Positions 18,257 to 27,569 of a stretch of 47,339 nucleotides of DNA are shown in pieces. The stretch covers positions 1 to 47,339 of the forward strand of contig JALFTM010000132.1 of assembly GCA_022788345.1 (NCBI GenBank). The letters are read 5' to 3'. Origin of the DNA: Bacteroidales bacterium (GTDB taxonomy: Bacteria; Bacteroidota; Bacteroidia; Bacteroidales; Bacteroidaceae). Both the position numbers and the translations under genes were made by a program. Under the pieces are notes generated by a model. The model searched no databases. It saw nothing but the letters and a program-made list of their open reading frames with translations, and was not told where the DNA came from. Positions within the stretch are counted from its first letter, which is position 1; the number at the start of each line of letters is the position of its first letter.

Positions 18257-20260
18257 ATGAACGACCAAGCACGCATTGCCCAGCTCCGACAAGAGTTGCA
18301 CCTCCATAATCATTATTATTACGTGGAGAATGCTCCTCGCATTTCCGATCGTGAGTTTGACGAACTCATGACCGAACTCATACGTCTGGAAGCTTTACAT
18401 CCCGAACTGGCAGATCCAAATTCCCCTTCTGTGCGTGTAGGTAGCGACCTTAGCAACGCATTCACACAAGTGCGCCACGCTCATCCGATGCTTTCGCTTG
18501 GCAATACATACAATCGTCAAGAAGTAGAGAACTTCTACAAACGCATACAATCCGACCTCCAAGGTGAGGATTTTCTCATTTCTTGCGAATTGAAGTTCGA
18601 CGGATTAAGTATCTCATTGATTTATGAAGACGGGCAACTTATACGTGCCGTCACTCGTGGCGATGGCGTGATGGGTGATGATGTCACAGACAATGTGCGC
18701 ACCATCAAGAGTATTCCGCTACAATTGCAAGGCACAGACTATCCTCGCCAATTAGAAATCAGAGGTGAGATACTCCTGCCTTGGCAGAGTTTCAACGCTC
18801 TCAATGCGCAACGAGAGGCACAAGGCGAGCCACTCTTTGCCAACCCTCGCAATGCCGCATCGGGCACGTTAAAGAACAAAAATTCCAAAGTCGTTGCTGA
18901 ACGCAATTTGGACGCATATCTCTATTATATTCCCAATGGTGAAAACATTTCCGACAGCCATTATGAAAGCCTGCAAAAAGCACGAAGTTGGGGCTTCAAA
19001 GTTAGTGGTGATATGCGTTGCGTCAGCACATTAGACGAAGTCTTTAGCTTTATTGAGCATTGGGACACGGAGCGAGAGATACTCCCTGTGGCCACAGATG
19101 GCATTGTGCTCAAAGTGGACTCTCTGAGCCAACAAAAGCGTTTGGGAAACACTTCTAAATCGCCTCGCTGGGCCATTGCTTATAAATTTGCTGCAGAGCG
19201 CGCTTGCACCAAATTGCTGGAAGTCACTTATCAAGTGGGGCGCACAGGTGCCATCACGCCTGTAGCCAACATGGCACCTGTGACCTTAGCAGGAACTGTC
19301 GTAAAGCGTGCCTCTTTACATAATGAGAACATCATCCGCCAACTCGATCTTCACCTCGGCGACATGGTTTACGTTGAAAAAGCTGGCGAAATTATTCCTC
19401 AAATCGTAGGCGTAGACACCGAACATCGTGCTCAAAAAGGGGCTGAAGCTGTACGCTTTATCACACACTGCCCTGACTGCGGTACAAAATTGGTGAAATA
19501 TGAAGACGAAGCAGCCTACTATTGTCCTAACGACAGCGGTTGTCCGACCCAACTTAAAGGTAAGATTGAACATTTCATCAGTCGCGACTGCATGAACATC
19601 GACTCTTTAGGGCCTGAAACCACAGATGAGTATTTCCAGCAAGGTCTTATTCACACAGTAGCCGACTTGTATAAAATAAAAGTCACAGACATTGCTGGTG
19701 CAGACCGTAGCCGTGAGGTGTCAGCCCGCAAAATAGTGACTGCCATTGCAAAGAGTCGTGAAGTTGGCTTTGAACGTGTGCTCTTTGCCTTAGGCATTCG
19801 CTTTGTTGGCAAAGTAGTAGCACGCAACATTGCACGCCATTTCCGCCATATCGATGCTCTTCGCACAGCTACACTCGATCAACTTTTGGAAACAGAAGGC
19901 GTTGGAAAAATCATTGCAAACAGCATCATTTCTTTCTTCCAAAACGAGCGTAACGTTGAGCTGATAGAGAACTTAAAAGAAGCGGGCCTACAATTTGAAA
20001 TTGTAGAAACCGAAAAGGCCTCCGACACGCTTGCTGGGAAAAGTATCGTTGTCAGTGGGACATTCACTCACCATTCTCGTGAGGAATACAAAGCCCTCAT
20101 AGAAGCCCATGGTGGACACAACGTAGGTAGTATTTCCAAGAAAACGGCCTTCCTTTTGGCGGGCGAGAATATGGGGCCAGCCAAGTTGGAAAAAGCCAAT
20201 AGCTTAAACATACGTATCCTCTCAGAAAAGGAGTTTTTAGAGATGATTGGTGAAGCTTAA
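18257..20260 (+). CDS. ligA: NAD-dependent DNA ligase
   Basis: ELKFDG adenylation motif, [22 protein letters not shown], Zn finger, HhH and BRCT regions. Confidence 0.98.
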   Translation: MNDQARIAQLRQELHLHNHYYYVENAPRISDREFDELMTELIRLEALHPELADPNSPSVRVGSDLSNAFTQVRHAHPMLSLGNTYNRQEVENFYKRIQSDLQGEDFLISCELKFDGLSISLIYEDGQLIRAVTRGDGVMGDDVTDNVRTIKSIPLQLQGTDYPRQLEIRGEILLPWQSFNALNAQREAQGEPLFANPRNAASGTLKNKNSKVVAERNLDAYLYYIPNGENISDSHYESLQKARSWGFKVSGDMRCVSTLDEVFSFIEHWDTEREILPVATDGIVLKVDSLSQQKRLGNTSKSPRWAIAYKFAAERACTKLLEVTYQVGRTGAITPVANMAPVTLAGTVVKRASLHNENIIRQLDLHLGDMVYVEKAGEIIPQIVGVDTEHRAQKGAEAVRFITHCPDCGTKLVKYEDEAAYYCPNDSGCPTQLKGKIEHFISRDCMNIDSLGPETTDEYFQQGLIHTVADLYKIKVTDIAGADRSREVSARKIVTAIAKSREVGFERVLFALGIRFVGKVVARNIARHFRHIDALRTATLDQLLETEGVGKIIANSIISFFQNERNVELIENLKEAGLQFEIVETEKASDTLAGKSIVVSGTFTHHSREEYKALIEAHGGHNVGSISKKTAFLLAGENMGPAKLEKANSLNIRILSEKEFLEMIGEA

Positions 20261-20314
20261 ACACTATGGGAAAGAGCTCATTTCCAGCACAATCAGCCAC
20301 AACCTACCACTATT

Positions 20315-20360
20315 AAAGAACAAGAGGGATGTCTACTTGGCCTATCCCTCTTGTTCTTTT
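20315..20360 (+). terminator. Intrinsic terminator after ligA
   Basis: Perfect 16-bp stem AAAGAACAAGAGGGAT / ATCCCTCTTGTTCTTT. Confidence 0.85.
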
Positions 20361-20432
20361 GGTTATAAACACAGGAAAAGTAGATAGGTCCCGCTAAGGA
20401 ATTTCTTTTCTTATGCAAGAAAAGTTTGGATC

Positions 20433-20508
20433 GCACTGCAAATTATATAAACTACACTGCGAGTTATATAAATTGCAGTGTAATCTATATAACTCGCAGT
20501 GCAATCTA
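20433..20508. repeat. Palindromic array of 21-bp units (REP/MITE-like)
   Basis: CACTGCAAATTATATAAACTA, CACTGCGAGTTATATAAATTG, CAGTGTAATCTATATAACTCG and CAGTGCAATCTA at exact 21-nt period; 20433-20502 is an imperfect palindrome. Confidence 0.8.
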
Positions 20509-20685
20509 AAGTTTCTTAACGCAAAGCAGTCGTTTTTTTAGCGCAAGCCGTTGAGTTTCGTTCCAGTAAAATGAAGAATTCAAACCCAACAGAAAGGAAA
20601 CCTCAAAGACTTTGATGAAAAACAATTGCTTGAAGTTTGCATGTATTTTCAGCACATACAAGTAGCATATAGCGGTAGAAATACG

Positions 20686-20693
20686 TATCTTTG
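20686..20693 (+). promoter_or_regulatory. -7 box TATCTTTG for cca (and possibly the nan genes)
   Basis: Exact TAnnTTTG 26 nt upstream of ATG 20720. Confidence 0.65.
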
Positions 20694-20719
20694 CATAGTA
20701 AGAATAAAAGCCACAATTG

Positions 20720-22168
20720 ATGAAATACCTCACGAAAGGAGAACTCTGTGACAAGCTCTCTGCCCCTATCTTTCATGAAATATCAGCCACAGCCGATGAG
20801 CTTGATGTAGAATGCTACGTTGTTGGGGGCTATGTACGTGACCTCTTCTTAGAACGTCCAACCAATGATATCGACATTGTCGTTGTGGGCAGTGGTATCG
20901 CAATGGCCGAAGCCTTGGCTAAACGATTGGGCAAAAGGGCCAACCTTTCCGTATTTCGCAATTTTGGCACAGCACAAGTAAAATATCGAGGGCAAGAAAT
21001 CGAATTTGTCGGTGCACGAAAAGAAAGCTACACCCACGATTCTCGCAAGCCGATTGTAGAAGATGGCAGTTTAGAAGATGACCAAAATCGTCGTGACTTC
21101 ACGATTAACGCCATGGCCGTATGCTTAAACGCCTCACGATTTGGTGAATTGGTCGATCCTTTCAACGGCTTACGTGATTTAGAAGACGGCATCATCGCCA
21201 CTCCTCTTGATCCCGACATTACTTTCTCTGACGATCCTTTGCGTATGTTGCGGTGCATTCGCTTCGCTACACAACTCAATTTCATGATTGAAGACGAAAC
21301 ATTCGAAGCACTTGAACGCAACAAAGATCGATTAGAAATTATCAGCACAGAGCGCATCTGCGACGAGTTGCAGAAAATCATGCGCTCCCCTACTCCTTCT
21401 AAGGGTTTTATCGACCTTTATCGAAGTGGATTGCTCCATTTAATCCTACCTGAGTTGGTTGCCATGGACTTGGTGGAAACACGCAACGGCAAGAGCCATA
21501 AAAACAATTTCTATCACACACTTGAAGTCTTAGACAATATAGCCAAAGTGACAGATAACGTATGGTTACGCTGGGGGGCCCTCCTGCACGATATAGGCAA
21601 ACCCAAGTCGAAACGTTGGGAAGTTTCCATCGGCTGGACCTTCCACAACCACAACTTTATTGGGCTTAAAATGGTGCCAAACATTTTCCGCCGTCTCAAG
21701 TTACCTTTGGATGAGCGCATGAAGTACGTTCAAAAACTTGTAGGCCTACACATGCGTCCCATTGCCATCGCCGATGAAGAGGTTACCGACTCTGCAGTAA
21801 GACGTCTTCTCTTTGAAGCTGGCGATGATATCGAAGACCTTATGACACTCTGCGAAGCCGATGTTACGAGTAAAAACGAAGTGCGCAAAAAAACATTTAT
21901 GCACAACTTTCAGCTTGTACGTCAAAAGCTCGTAGACATCGAGGAAAAAGATCGCGTGCGCAATTTTCAGCCTCCAGTCAGCGGTGATGAGATCATGGAC
22001 CTCTTTGACTTGCAACCCTGTCGCGAGGTAGGCATACTGAAACAGTCGCTCAAGGATGCCATCCTTGACGGCATCATCCCCAACGAGCGTGCGGCCGCTC
22101 TCAACTACATTTGCGAAAAAGCCCACAATATGGGACTTACCAAAAGCCTGTCTGCAACAATTGAATAA
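20720..22168 (+). CDS. cca: CCA-adding tRNA nucleotidyltransferase with HD domain
   Basis: VGGYVRD, DIDIV, RRDFTINAMA, DDPLRMLR, ERI, LLHDIGK. Confidence 0.93.
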   Translation: MKYLTKGELCDKLSAPIFHEISATADELDVECYVVGGYVRDLFLERPTNDIDIVVVGSGIAMAEALAKRLGKRANLSVFRNFGTAQVKYRGQEIEFVGARKESYTHDSRKPIVEDGSLEDDQNRRDFTINAMAVCLNASRFGELVDPFNGLRDLEDGIIATPLDPDITFSDDPLRMLRCIRFATQLNFMIEDETFEALERNKDRLEIISTERICDELQKIMRSPTPSKGFIDLYRSGLLHLILPELVAMDLVETRNGKSHKNNFYHTLEVLDNIAKVTDNVWLRWGALLHDIGKPKSKRWEVSIGWTFHNHNFIGLKMVPNIFRRLKLPLDERMKYVQKLVGLHMRPIAIADEEVTDSAVRRLLFEAGDDIEDLMTLCEADVTSKNEVRKKTFMHNFQLVRQKLVDIEEKDRVRNFQPPVSGDEIMDLFDLQPCREVGILKQSLKDAILDGIIPNERAAALNYICEKAHNMGLTKSLSATIE

Positions 22169-22196
22169 ATTTACCACATTATAAATAATTGCACTT

Positions 22197-23111
22197 ATGG
22201 AAAAAATTGTTGGGCTCATCAATGCGCCCTTTACGCCTTTCTTAGAAAATGGAGAAATAAACCTTGATATTATCCCCGATTATGTGGCCATGTTAGAGCG
22301 AAATGGACTGAAAGGTGTTTTCATCAATGGTTCGTCAGGCGAAGGATATCTGCTTACAGAAGAAGAGCGCATGAAACTCGCAGAAGCTTGGGTTGCGGCG
22401 GCTCCAAAAGACTTCAAAGTGATCGTACACGTGGGTAGCACTGTGGTCAATAGCTCTCGACGATTGGCTGAACACGCGCAAAAAATCGGCGCATGGGGCA
22501 TTGGGGCCATGGCATCACCTTTTCCAAAAGTGAACCGTGTAGAAGAGCTTGTGAAGTATTGCGAAGAAATTGCCATTGGTGCACCCAATCTTCCCTTCTA
22601 TTACTATCATATCCCTGCTTTCAATGGTGCATTCCTTTCTATGTACGACTTCTTGCAAGCTGTAGATGGTCGCATCCCCAATTTTGCTGGTATCAAATAC
22701 ACCTTTGAAAGCCTCTACGAATACAATCGTTGCCGTCGCTATAAAGATGGAAAGTTCGACATGCTACATGGCCAAGACGAAACCATTCTGCCTTGCTTAG
22801 CTATGGGAGGCGCTATCGGTGGCATTGGCGGTACAACAAACTATAACGGCCGCTGTCTCACAGCTATCCAAGAAGCTTGGCAAGCGGGCGACCTTGACAA
22901 AGCGCGCCAGCTTCAAGAATTTGCGCAAGATGTCATCGATGTAATCTGCCATTTCCGTGGCAATATCGTTGGCGGAAAACGTATCATGAAACTCATTGGC
23001 TTGGATTTAGGACGCAACCGCACCCCCTTCCAGAACCTTACAGACGAAGAAGAAGTGCGCTTAAAGAGCGAATTAGAGGCTATCGATTTTTTCAGCAAGT
23101 GCAATAAGTAA
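22197..23111 (+). CDS. nanA: N-acetylneuraminate lyase (Bacteroides NanL/NanA type)
   Basis: DHDPS fold: APFTPF, NGSSGE, YYHIP, GIKYT Schiff-base lysine, GGIGGTTN; nan gene context. Confidence 0.92.
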   Translation: MEKIVGLINAPFTPFLENGEINLDIIPDYVAMLERNGLKGVFINGSSGEGYLLTEEERMKLAEAWVAAAPKDFKVIVHVGSTVVNSSRRLAEHAQKIGAWGIGAMASPFPKVNRVEELVKYCEEIAIGAPNLPFYYYHIPAFNGAFLSMYDFLQAVDGRIPNFAGIKYTFESLYEYNRCRRYKDGKFDMLHGQDETILPCLAMGGAIGGIGGTTNYNGRCLTAIQEAWQAGDLDKARQLQEFAQDVIDVICHFRGNIVGGKRIMKLIGLDLGRNRTPFQNLTDEEEVRLKSELEAIDFFSKCNK

Positions 23112-23126
23112 GCAATCCCCCATTTT

Positions 23127-23163
23127 GAGCAGAAGGACTTTACACCTGAAAATCTTTCTGCTC
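23127..23163 (+). terminator. Intercistronic hairpin (partial terminator or mRNA stabiliser)
   Basis: 11-bp stem GAGCAGAAGGA / UCUUUCUGCUC followed by UUCUUAUCUU. Confidence 0.55.
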
Positions 23164-23185
23164 TTCTTATCTTATTATTTAGCCT

Positions 23186-25798
23186 ATGAATTTCAAAAAA
23201 ATCTTATTCCTGTTGCTCCTCCTGCCCTTACAACTCTTAGCAGGTGGAGACTCTCCTTACAACAAGATTACATTTTCTGATTTGCCCAAGCTCTCTGTGG
23301 GTAGTTCCCAAGGAGTATCCGCTCCTTTTGCAGGCCTTATCAATCGTACTGTTATTGTCGCTGGTGGTTGCAACTTTCCTGAAGTTCCAGCTTCAGAGGG
23401 AGGAGCAAAGGTTTTCTATAAAGACATTTATGCCTTAGATATTCCTTATAAAGGGACTTGGCGGAAAGTTGGAGAATTGCCCAAAGCCTTAGCCTATGGC
23501 GTTAGCATCTCTACGCCAAAGGGATTGGTGTGTATCGGAGGCACAGGTAATGGTAAGAACAGTGAAACAAACGTCTTGCTGGTTTCATTCAATGGTAAAG
23601 CCACTACAACGGATGTTCTCCCTCCCCTTCCCATTGGTTTAGACAATATGGCAGGTGCTTATGGCGAAGGTTATATTTATGTCATCGGTGGGCTTTCCAA
23701 TGGTGTCGCTTCTTCAAAAGCTTTCCGTATCTCTATTTCCAACTTCAAAGCAGGTTGGGAAACTTTGCCCGACTATCCCGGACTGGCGCGCGTTCAGCCT
23801 GTTGTTGCTTTTCAAAACACAAATGTCGGCACTGAAGTATTTCTCTTCGGAGGCTATAACCCCGATAAAAAAGAAGCTCTGACCGATGGTCTTAGCTTCT
23901 CGCCTAAAACTAAGACTTGGCGTTCATTGGGGCATATTCTGCCACAAGGGCAAACAGAAGCGATTACGCTCACAGGCGCATCAGCTGTGGCTTCAGGTAC
24001 AGGTCATATTGTTTTCTTTGGAGGGGTCAATAAGGAAGTCTTCAACAAAGCTCTCCAAAACAAACCAGCAGATTATCTTAATCACGCCCCTGAGTGGTAT
24101 AACTTCAACAACAAATTATTGGTTTACCACACGATTACCAATAGTTGGGTATTCACTAACAGTGATAGCCGCATAGCACGTGCTGGCGCAGCTTTGGTTG
24201 CAGCAAAAGATGCAGAAGGCAAAACGACATGGCTTGTTATCAATGGTGAAACAAAACCTGGTGTGCGGGCCAATGATGTTACAGCTGTGACAATGACTAA
24301 GAATGTGGACTTCGGTCTGCTCAACTGGGTCGTACTTGTTGCTTACCTCATTGCCATGTTGCTCCTTGGTTATTATTTCATGAAGAAAGAAAGCAGTTCT
24401 AACGACTTCTTCACAGGTGGAGGACGTATCCCTTGGTGGGCTGCTGGCATTAGCATTTTTGCAACGATGCTGAGTGCCATCACTTATATGGCTATTCCCG
24501 CGAAAGCGTACGCCACGGATTGGACTTACTATCCTATGCAAATAATGATCCTTGTGGTGTCTTTCCCTGTTATCAAGTACTATTTGCCTTTCTTCCGACG
24601 CTTGAATGTCACAACAGCTTATGAGTATTTGGAGCGACGCTTCAATTATGCTGTGCGCAGTATCGCCAGTCTACTTTTTATTGTCTTCATGGTCGCACGA
24701 ACAGCCTTGGTACTCTATCTCCCCTCCTTGGCTATGGAGGCCGTAACTGGAATTGACATCTTCACCTGCATTATTCTAATGGCACTCATCACTATTGTTT
24801 ACTGTACCATGGGAGGTGTAGAGGCCGTTGTATGGGGAGATGTTGTACAAGGAATTATCCTTGTTGGCGGTGCATTCTTAGCTGCTGGATATTTGATGCT
24901 CAATACAGAAGGAGGCACATCTGCTTTCTTTGAGATTGGTATGGCCAACGATAAGTTTCGCCTCTTCAATTGGAGCTTCGACTACCGAACAGCCACGTTC
25001 TGGGTTGTTATTTTAGGCGGATTGGCCAACAATCTCATCTCCTATTCGAGCGACCAAACTGTCATTCAGCGTTACTTGACCACAAAAGACGAACAGAGTG
25101 CAGCCCGTAGTATCTTGACCAATGGATTGATGAGTGTTGTTGTGACCATAGCCTTTTTCGCCATTGGAACAGGCCTCTACACTTTCTATAAGACGCACCC
25201 CACGGCACTGGATATGTCTATGGAACGCGCAGATGCCATCTTCCCTTTCTTTATGATGAGCCAACTGCCAGCAGGCATTGCAGGCTTATTGATTGCTGCT
25301 ATTTTTGCTGCAACAATGAGCACTATCTCCTCAAATATCAACTCCATTTCCACTGCTTTTACGATGGACTTCTACAAGAAGGCCAAACCACAAAGCTCCG
25401 ATAAAGCGATGTTGCGCACGGCACGCATTGCAGTGGCTGTATCAGGCCTTATTGGTATGGGCATAGCCCTCCTCATGGCCACAATTAACATCCAGTCACT
25501 CCTCGACTATTTTAACACCATTCTTGGATTGCTGTCTGGTGGCATTGGAGGATTGTTCATTCTCGGTATCTTCTTCCCACGTGTCAATGCTATATCCGCC
25601 CTCATCGGATTTGTTGCAGGCACAGCCTCTGTATTCTATTTGAACTATTGCACAGATGTTAACTTCCTCATCTTTGGTGCAGTGAGTATGGGTGTAGCTG
25701 TGATAGTGGCGTGGGTGTTTTCTTTCTTTTTCCCCAATAGTAAAAACAATGCGGGTATGACTTGGCAGTCTATCAGTCACGCTGCGCATATCAAATAA
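23186..25798 (+). CDS. Fusion of a cyclically permuted Kelch sialic-acid mutarotase (NanM-like) and a sodium:solute symporter (SiaT-like)
   Basis: Signal peptide; Kelch blades VAGGCNFP, CIGG, VIGG, LFGG, FFGG and GETKPGVR (to ~aa 370); then SSS motifs DFFTGGGRIPWW, ATMLSAITY, TAYEYLERRF, GGVEAVVWGDVVQ, DQTVIQRYL, AATMSTISS. Confidence 0.92.
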   Translation: MNFKKILFLLLLLPLQLLAGGDSPYNKITFSDLPKLSVGSSQGVSAPFAGLINRTVIVAGGCNFPEVPASEGGAKVFYKDIYALDIPYKGTWRKVGELPKALAYGVSISTPKGLVCIGGTGNGKNSETNVLLVSFNGKATTTDVLPPLPIGLDNMAGAYGEGYIYVIGGLSNGVASSKAFRISISNFKAGWETLPDYPGLARVQPVVAFQNTNVGTEVFLFGGYNPDKKEALTDGLSFSPKTKTWRSLGHILPQGQTEAITLTGASAVASGTGHIVFFGGVNKEVFNKALQNKPADYLNHAPEWYNFNNKLLVYHTITNSWVFTNSDSRIARAGAALVAAKDAEGKTTWLVINGETKPGVRANDVTAVTMTKNVDFGLLNWVVLVAYLIAMLLLGYYFMKKESSSNDFFTGGGRIPWWAAGISIFATMLSAITYMAIPAKAYATDWTYYPMQIMILVVSFPVIKYYLPFFRRLNVTTAYEYLERRFNYAVRSIASLLFIVFMVARTALVLYLPSLAMEAVTGIDIFTCIILMALITIVYCTMGGVEAVVWGDVVQGIILVGGAFLAAGYLMLNTEGGTSAFFEIGMANDKFRLFNWSFDYRTATFWVVILGGLANNLISYSSDQTVIQRYLTTKDEQSAARSILTNGLMSVVVTIAFFAIGTGLYTFYKTHPTALDMSMERADAIFPFFMMSQLPAGIAGLLIAAIFAATMSTISSNINSISTAFTMDFYKKAKPQSSDKAMLRTARIAVAVSGLIGMGIALLMATINIQSLLDYFNTILGLLSGGIGGLFILGIFFPRVNAISALIGFVAGTASVFYLNYCTDVNFLIFGAVSMGVAVIVAWVFSFFFPNSKNNAGMTWQSISHAAHIK

Positions 25799-25813
25799 TT
25801 ACAGCATTAAGTT

Positions 25814-26989
25814 ATGACAACAGATTTCAAAAAACTCGCAGAGCAGTATAAGTCAGAACTGCTTGATAAGGTTGTTCCTTTTTGGCTTAACAACTCACAA
25901 GATACCGAGTTTGGTGGCTATTTTACATGTCTGAACCGCGATGGTTCTGTCTTCGACACCGACAAATTCATCTGGATGCAAGGACGTGAAGTTTGGATGT
26001 TTTCTAAGCTTTATAACACTGTCGAGAAACGCCAAGAATGGCTCGATTGTGCCATCCAAGGTGCAGAGTTTCTGAAAAAATACGGACACGATGGAGAGCT
26101 CAACTGGTATTTTGCCCTCGACCGCGAAGGTCACCCTCTGGTAGAGCCTTATAATATCTTTTCCTACACTTTTGCCGTGATAGCTTTCGGGCAGCTCAGT
26201 CTCGCTACAGGCAATCAGGAATATGCTGAAATTGCAAAAAAGACTTTCGACATCGTTCTATCCAAGGTGGATAACCCCAAGGGACGTTGGAATAAAGCGG
26301 CACAAGGCGCACGTGCCCTCAAGACATTCGATCTTCCCATGATACTCTGCAACGTAGCCTTGGAGATTGAACACTTGTTAGAGCCTTCTTTCCTACAAAC
26401 CACTATTGATACCTGCTTGCACGAAGTGCTCGAAGTGTTCTACCGCCCAGAATTGGGCCTCATTGTGGAAGCCTTAGGCAAGGATGGCGAACTGGTTGAT
26501 TGCCTTGATGGTCGCAAAATGAATCCCGGTCATGCCATAGAAGCCTGCTGGTTTGTGATGGATTTGGGCAAACGCTTAAATCGTCCAGAACTCATTGAGC
26601 AAGCAGTACAAATAGCCCTTAACGAAGTAGAATATGGTTGGGACAAAGAACATGAAGGCATCTTCTATTTTATGGATCGCCTTGGCAAACCTCGCCACGA
26701 ATTGGAATGGGATCAAAAGCTTTGGTGGGTACATTGCGAGACACTCATCACGATGCTCAAAGGCTATCAGCTCACAGGTAACGAAGACTGCCTACGCTGG
26801 TTCAATCGCATCCACGACTATTCATGGCGCCACTTTGCCGATGCAGAATATCCCGAATGGTTCGGCTATCTCAATCGCAAAGGCGAAATTCTGCTTCCTC
26901 TCAAGGGAGGAAAATGGAAAGGCTGTTTCCATGTCCCTCGCATGCTACTCAACGTGTGGCAAATGCTGGAAGATTTGTCTCACAAATAA
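25814..26989 (+). CDS. nanE: N-acylglucosamine 2-epimerase (AGE family, Bacteroides NanE)
   Basis: DKFIWMQGREVW, NPGHAIE, QKLWWVHCE, KWKGCFHVPR. Confidence 0.93.
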   Translation: MTTDFKKLAEQYKSELLDKVVPFWLNNSQDTEFGGYFTCLNRDGSVFDTDKFIWMQGREVWMFSKLYNTVEKRQEWLDCAIQGAEFLKKYGHDGELNWYFALDREGHPLVEPYNIFSYTFAVIAFGQLSLATGNQEYAEIAKKTFDIVLSKVDNPKGRWNKAAQGARALKTFDLPMILCNVALEIEHLLEPSFLQTTIDTCLHEVLEVFYRPELGLIVEALGKDGELVDCLDGRKMNPGHAIEACWFVMDLGKRLNRPELIEQAVQIALNEVEYGWDKEHEGIFYFMDRLGKPRHELEWDQKLWWVHCETLITMLKGYQLTGNEDCLRWFNRIHDYSWRHFADAEYPEWFGYLNRKGEILLPLKGGKWKGCFHVPRMLLNVWQMLEDLSHK

Positions 26990-27003
26990 TAAGTTTCACG
27001 CAT

Positions 27004-27450
27004 ATGATATTAGGCACGCTCACCCATAGCGAACGCTACGCATCGTTGCATCCCCTTTTCAAGATGGTGTTCGACTATGTCAAGACACACGATCTCACCA
27101 CTGTTCCCACTGGACGCATTGAACTGCAAGGCGATGCACTCTTTATCAACGTTGCTGAACCCACACTGAAAGAAGCCACAGAGCAAGTTCTTGAAGTGCA
27201 TCGTGAATATATTGACATCCACTTCCCGCTGACGCACACGGAAACGATTGGATGGCGAGATTTAGAGACACTTGAAGAGCCTGATGCACCTTTCAACGCA
27301 ACGGATGATTACGCTCTATACACAGCTCCAGCTTCTACTTACATAGATGTAAAGCCTGGTGAGTTCCTCATCGTCTACCCAGAGGATGCACATGCACCTA
27401 TCATTGGCAAGGGCCAAATTCGCAAACTAATCGCTAAAGTTCGGCTCTAA
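27004..27450 (+). CDS. YhcH/YjgK/YiaL (NanQ-like) protein
   Basis: LEVHREYIDIH, ETIGW, PEDAHAP, RKLIAKV; start MILG at 27004. Confidence 0.9.
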   Translation: MILGTLTHSERYASLHPLFKMVFDYVKTHDLTTVPTGRIELQGDALFINVAEPTLKEATEQVLEVHREYIDIHFPLTHTETIGWRDLETLEEPDAPFNATDDYALYTAPASTYIDVKPGEFLIVYPEDAHAPIIGKGQIRKLIAKVRL

Positions 27451-27485
27451 GATTATCCTCTGCCATAAATTTCAACCTAATATGT

Positions 27486-27529
27486 AACTCCCCATTACCT
27501 TGTTTCATGACAAGGTAATGGGGAGTTTT
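27486..27529. terminator. Terminator between the convergent nan cluster and helicase
   Basis: Perfect 18-bp stem AACTCCCCATTACCTTGT / ACAAGGTAATGGGGAGTT, 6-nt loop. Confidence 0.85.
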
Positions 27530-27569
27530 GGTCTATACACATTTTGCAAACCTTATCCTTATAATAAAG

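Noticed and set aside
20433-20508. Possible CRISPR array
   Set aside because: Units are contiguous with no unique spacers, orientation flips mid-array, and no cas genes are present
20506-20754. Short ORFs in intergenic gaps (also 7617-7823, 7969-8154, 33403-33594)
   Set aside because: Atypical composition, overlap with promoter boxes, and no recognisable motifs
26824-27003. N-terminal extension of the YhcH ORF overlapping nanE; likewise the extended starts at 8350, 11522, 16225, 43601, 5575 and 40085
   Set aside because: Artefacts of longest-ORF calling; family similarity starts at the downstream ATGs
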